Below, one piece after another: positions 62,101 through 64,000 of a stretch of DNA of 64,000 nucleotides. The notes below the pieces were generated by a model that did no database searches, was not told the DNA's origin, and saw only the letters and a list, made by a program, of their open reading frames with translations. The stretch covers positions 128,001 to 192,000 of the forward strand of contig CBDCCZ010000003.1 of the NCBI GenBank assembly GCA_965215005.1. The letters run 5' to 3'. The DNA is from Kofleriaceae bacterium. GTDB lineage: Bacteria > Myxococcota_A > Polyangia > Haliangiales > Haliangiaceae. The translations under genes were made by a program, and so were the position numbers. Within the stretch, counting starts at the first letter, position 1, and each line of letters starts with the position of its first letter.

Positions 62101-63741
62101 TCATCCTCGGGTAACGCGCATAACCTCGCGCGCGGAGGTAATGCCAGCAATGAGCTTCTTGAGCGCCTGGAACCGCATCGGCTTGAAGCCTTCACTTAAC
62201 GCATGCTCGCGGATCGCCTCGGTGGTGGCACCGCGCGAGATGAGCGCGCGCAGCGGCTCCGTCACTTCGAGTAGCTCACGCACCGCGGTCCGGCCCGAGT
62301 AGCCGGTATCGTTGCAGCGAAAGCAGCCACGCCCGCGCTTGAAGCGAATTTCGGGTGGCAGGTTCTGCAGCCCCAGCGCTTCACGCTCCTGCAGCGACGG
62401 CTCGTACTCTTCTACGCAGCCGGTGCAGACCTTGCGCAACAGCCGCTGCGCGATGACGCCTACCATGGATGGCGCGACGAGATACGGCTGCACGCCCATT
62501 TCCGTGAGCCGGGTAATCGCGCCGGGCGCATCGTTGGTGTGCAGCGACGCCAGCACGAGATGGCCCGTGAGCGCCGCTTCTGAAGCGATGACTCCAGTCT
62601 CGTGGTCGCGAATCTCGCCGATGAGAATCACGTCGGGGTCCTGGCGCAGGATCGAGCGCAGCGCCCCCGCGAAGCTCAGGCCGCGTTTGACATTGACCTG
62701 CACCTGATTGATGCCGGGCAGCTGATACTCGATGGGATCTTCGACCGAGACGATGTTGATGTCGGGCGCTCGAACCGTGTTGAGCGCGCCGTAGAGGGTG
62801 GTGCTCTTGCCACTACCGGTCGGCCCCGTGACCAAGAGCAGCCCGTATGGCGCCGTCACCATGGTCTGAAAGATCTCGAGCTGCTTCTTGTCGAATCCGA
62901 GGTCCTCGAGCGGCAAGAGGGCTTTCTTGCTGTCGAGGATGCGCATGCAGACCTTCTCACCCCAATAGGTGGGAAGAACGGAGACGCGCAGATCGATCTC
63001 GCCCTCCGCGCGCCGCATCTTGATACGGCCGTCTTGCGGCACGTAGCGCACCGAGATGTCGAGCTCCGCGAGCACCTTGATGCGCGAAACGATCGCCGGA
63101 TGCAGCTCGGCGGGGCGCGTGTCGACGTGGCGCAATCCACCATCGACGCGATAGCGGGTGACGGTCTCTTTCTCGCTGGCCTCGATGTGAATGTCGCTAG
63201 CGCCCGCTTCAACAGCGCCTGCAATGAGTCGATCGACGATTTGAGTCGCTTCTAAGAGCGCCTCTTGCGTGACGTCGACCTCTTCTTCCACGGCCACGAT
63301 CTTGGTCGCTGGCTCGTCATACAGGCGACGAATCGCGCGATCAATCTCCAGCGGCGAAGCCAAGAGAATCGAGACGCTGCGCTTGAGCTCGGCCCCAATC
63401 CAGTCAAAGACCTCGAGCTGGGTCGGGTCTGCGGTGGCGATGGAGACCTCGCTGCCGTCGAGATAGGTGGGCACCAAGCGATGGCGTTCCGCTAGATGCC
63501 GCGGCAACAGAGTCGCGAGCTCGACGGCAATCTCGACACCATCGAGCTCGAGGCGCGCTACGTTGAAGCGCCGAGCCACCACCTCGAGCAGATCATCGAC
63601 GCTGGCGAAACCTGCAGCCGACAAACTGGCCTCGGAGAGGCGGCGCTGCTTGAGCAGCTCGAGCGCGGCGCGGTCGCGATTGGCTGCTGCGGTCGGTGCT
63701 GGCGTCGAGGCCTTCGCAGTGCCGGAAAACCGCAGGTTCAA
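62101..63741 (-). CDS. GspE/PilB family secretion/pilus ATPase
   Basis: ASDIHIE, PQDGRI, GPTGSGKSTT, EDPIEY, LRQDPDVILIGEIRD and tetracysteine CTGC...CFRC. Confidence 0.96.
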   Translation of the reverse strand: MNLRFSGTAKASTPAPTAAANRDRAALELLKQRRLSEASLSAAGFASVDDLLEVVARRFNVARLELDGVEIAVELATLLPRHLAERHRLVPTYLDGSEVSIATADPTQLEVFDWIGAELKRSVSILLASPLEIDRAIRRLYDEPATKIVAVEEEVDVTQEALLEATQIVDRLIAGAVEAGASDIHIEASEKETVTRYRVDGGLRHVDTRPAELHPAIVSRIKVLAELDISVRYVPQDGRIKMRRAEGEIDLRVSVLPTYWGEKVCMRILDSKKALLPLEDLGFDKKQLEIFQTMVTAPYGLLLVTGPTGSGKSTTLYGALNTVRAPDINIVSVEDPIEYQLPGINQVQVNVKRGLSFAGALRSILRQDPDVILIGEIRDHETGVIASEAALTGHLVLASLHTNDAPGAITRLTEMGVQPYLVAPSMVGVIAQRLLRKVCTGCVEEYEPSLQEREALGLQNLPPEIRFKRGRGCFRCNDTGYSGRTAVRELLEVTEPLRALISRGATTEAIREHALSEGFKPMRFQALKKLIAGITSAREVMRVTRG

Positions 63742-64000
63742 AAGCCATCTCCGAACAACCGATCGAGATCATCCTGAGTCACGCGGCCTTGCGGCAGCGC
63801 CACCTCGTTCTCCGGCTCGTCGGCGTCTTCGAGGAGTTGGGCGATTTCGGCAGCATCGACCACCTCGATTTCTTGACTAATGCGAGGCGTCTTGCTGCTA
63901 ACGGCCGGCTCTGCGGGTTCTTGCGGTCTTGGCTCAGGCGCCGGTGCCACGGCGACTGGCGCTGGCAAGGGAGCCGGAGCGATGGGCGCCGGAGCGATGG
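63738..64000 (-). CDS. C-terminal part of a protein with Pro/Ala linker and acidic CheZ-like tail (partial)
   Basis: The frame enters from the window edge and ends ...GRVTQDDLDRLFGDGF; its stop overlaps the ATPase start. Confidence 0.7.
   Translation of the reverse strand, partial: IAPAPIAPAPLPAPVAVAPAPEPRPQEPAEPAVSSKTPRISQEIEVVDAAEIAQLLEDADEPENEVALPQGRVTQDDLDRLFGDGF

Overview
High-GC bacterial chromosomal window. Its gene content points to Myxococcota (inference): several Ser/Thr kinases, an FHA-sigma54 activator, a DUF1552/DUF1592 pair and many Cys-rich lipoproteins. Recognisable genes: pntAa/pntAb/pntB, thiolase plus 3-hydroxyacyl-CoA dehydrogenase, DsbA-like, BolA, rsgA, GNAT-nitrilase, MATE, prfC, ABC-F, MerR, ETHE1-like MBL, a MoxR/Bat operon and a PilB/GspE-CheX-CheA-like cluster. 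Two signals stand out. (1) An unannotated minus-strand gene at 27344-27715 has an in-frame UGA followed 11 nt later by a SECIS-like hairpin and ends in a zinc ribbon, so it is a candidate new selenoprotein. (2) A ~150-bp multi-hairpin repeat occurs four times. One copy lies among other palindromes upstream of an HUH Y1 (RAYT-like) transposase, and another is inserted in frame (exactly 50 codons) into a CheA-like kinase. Also seen: two single-base frameshifts, an internally deleted DUF99 gene, an Asp-less response regulator, a Cys-less MerR, and sigma54 promoter motifs in front of six lipoprotein genes. No rRNA, tRNA or CRISPR array was recognised. All family assignments come from motif recognition, not database searches.
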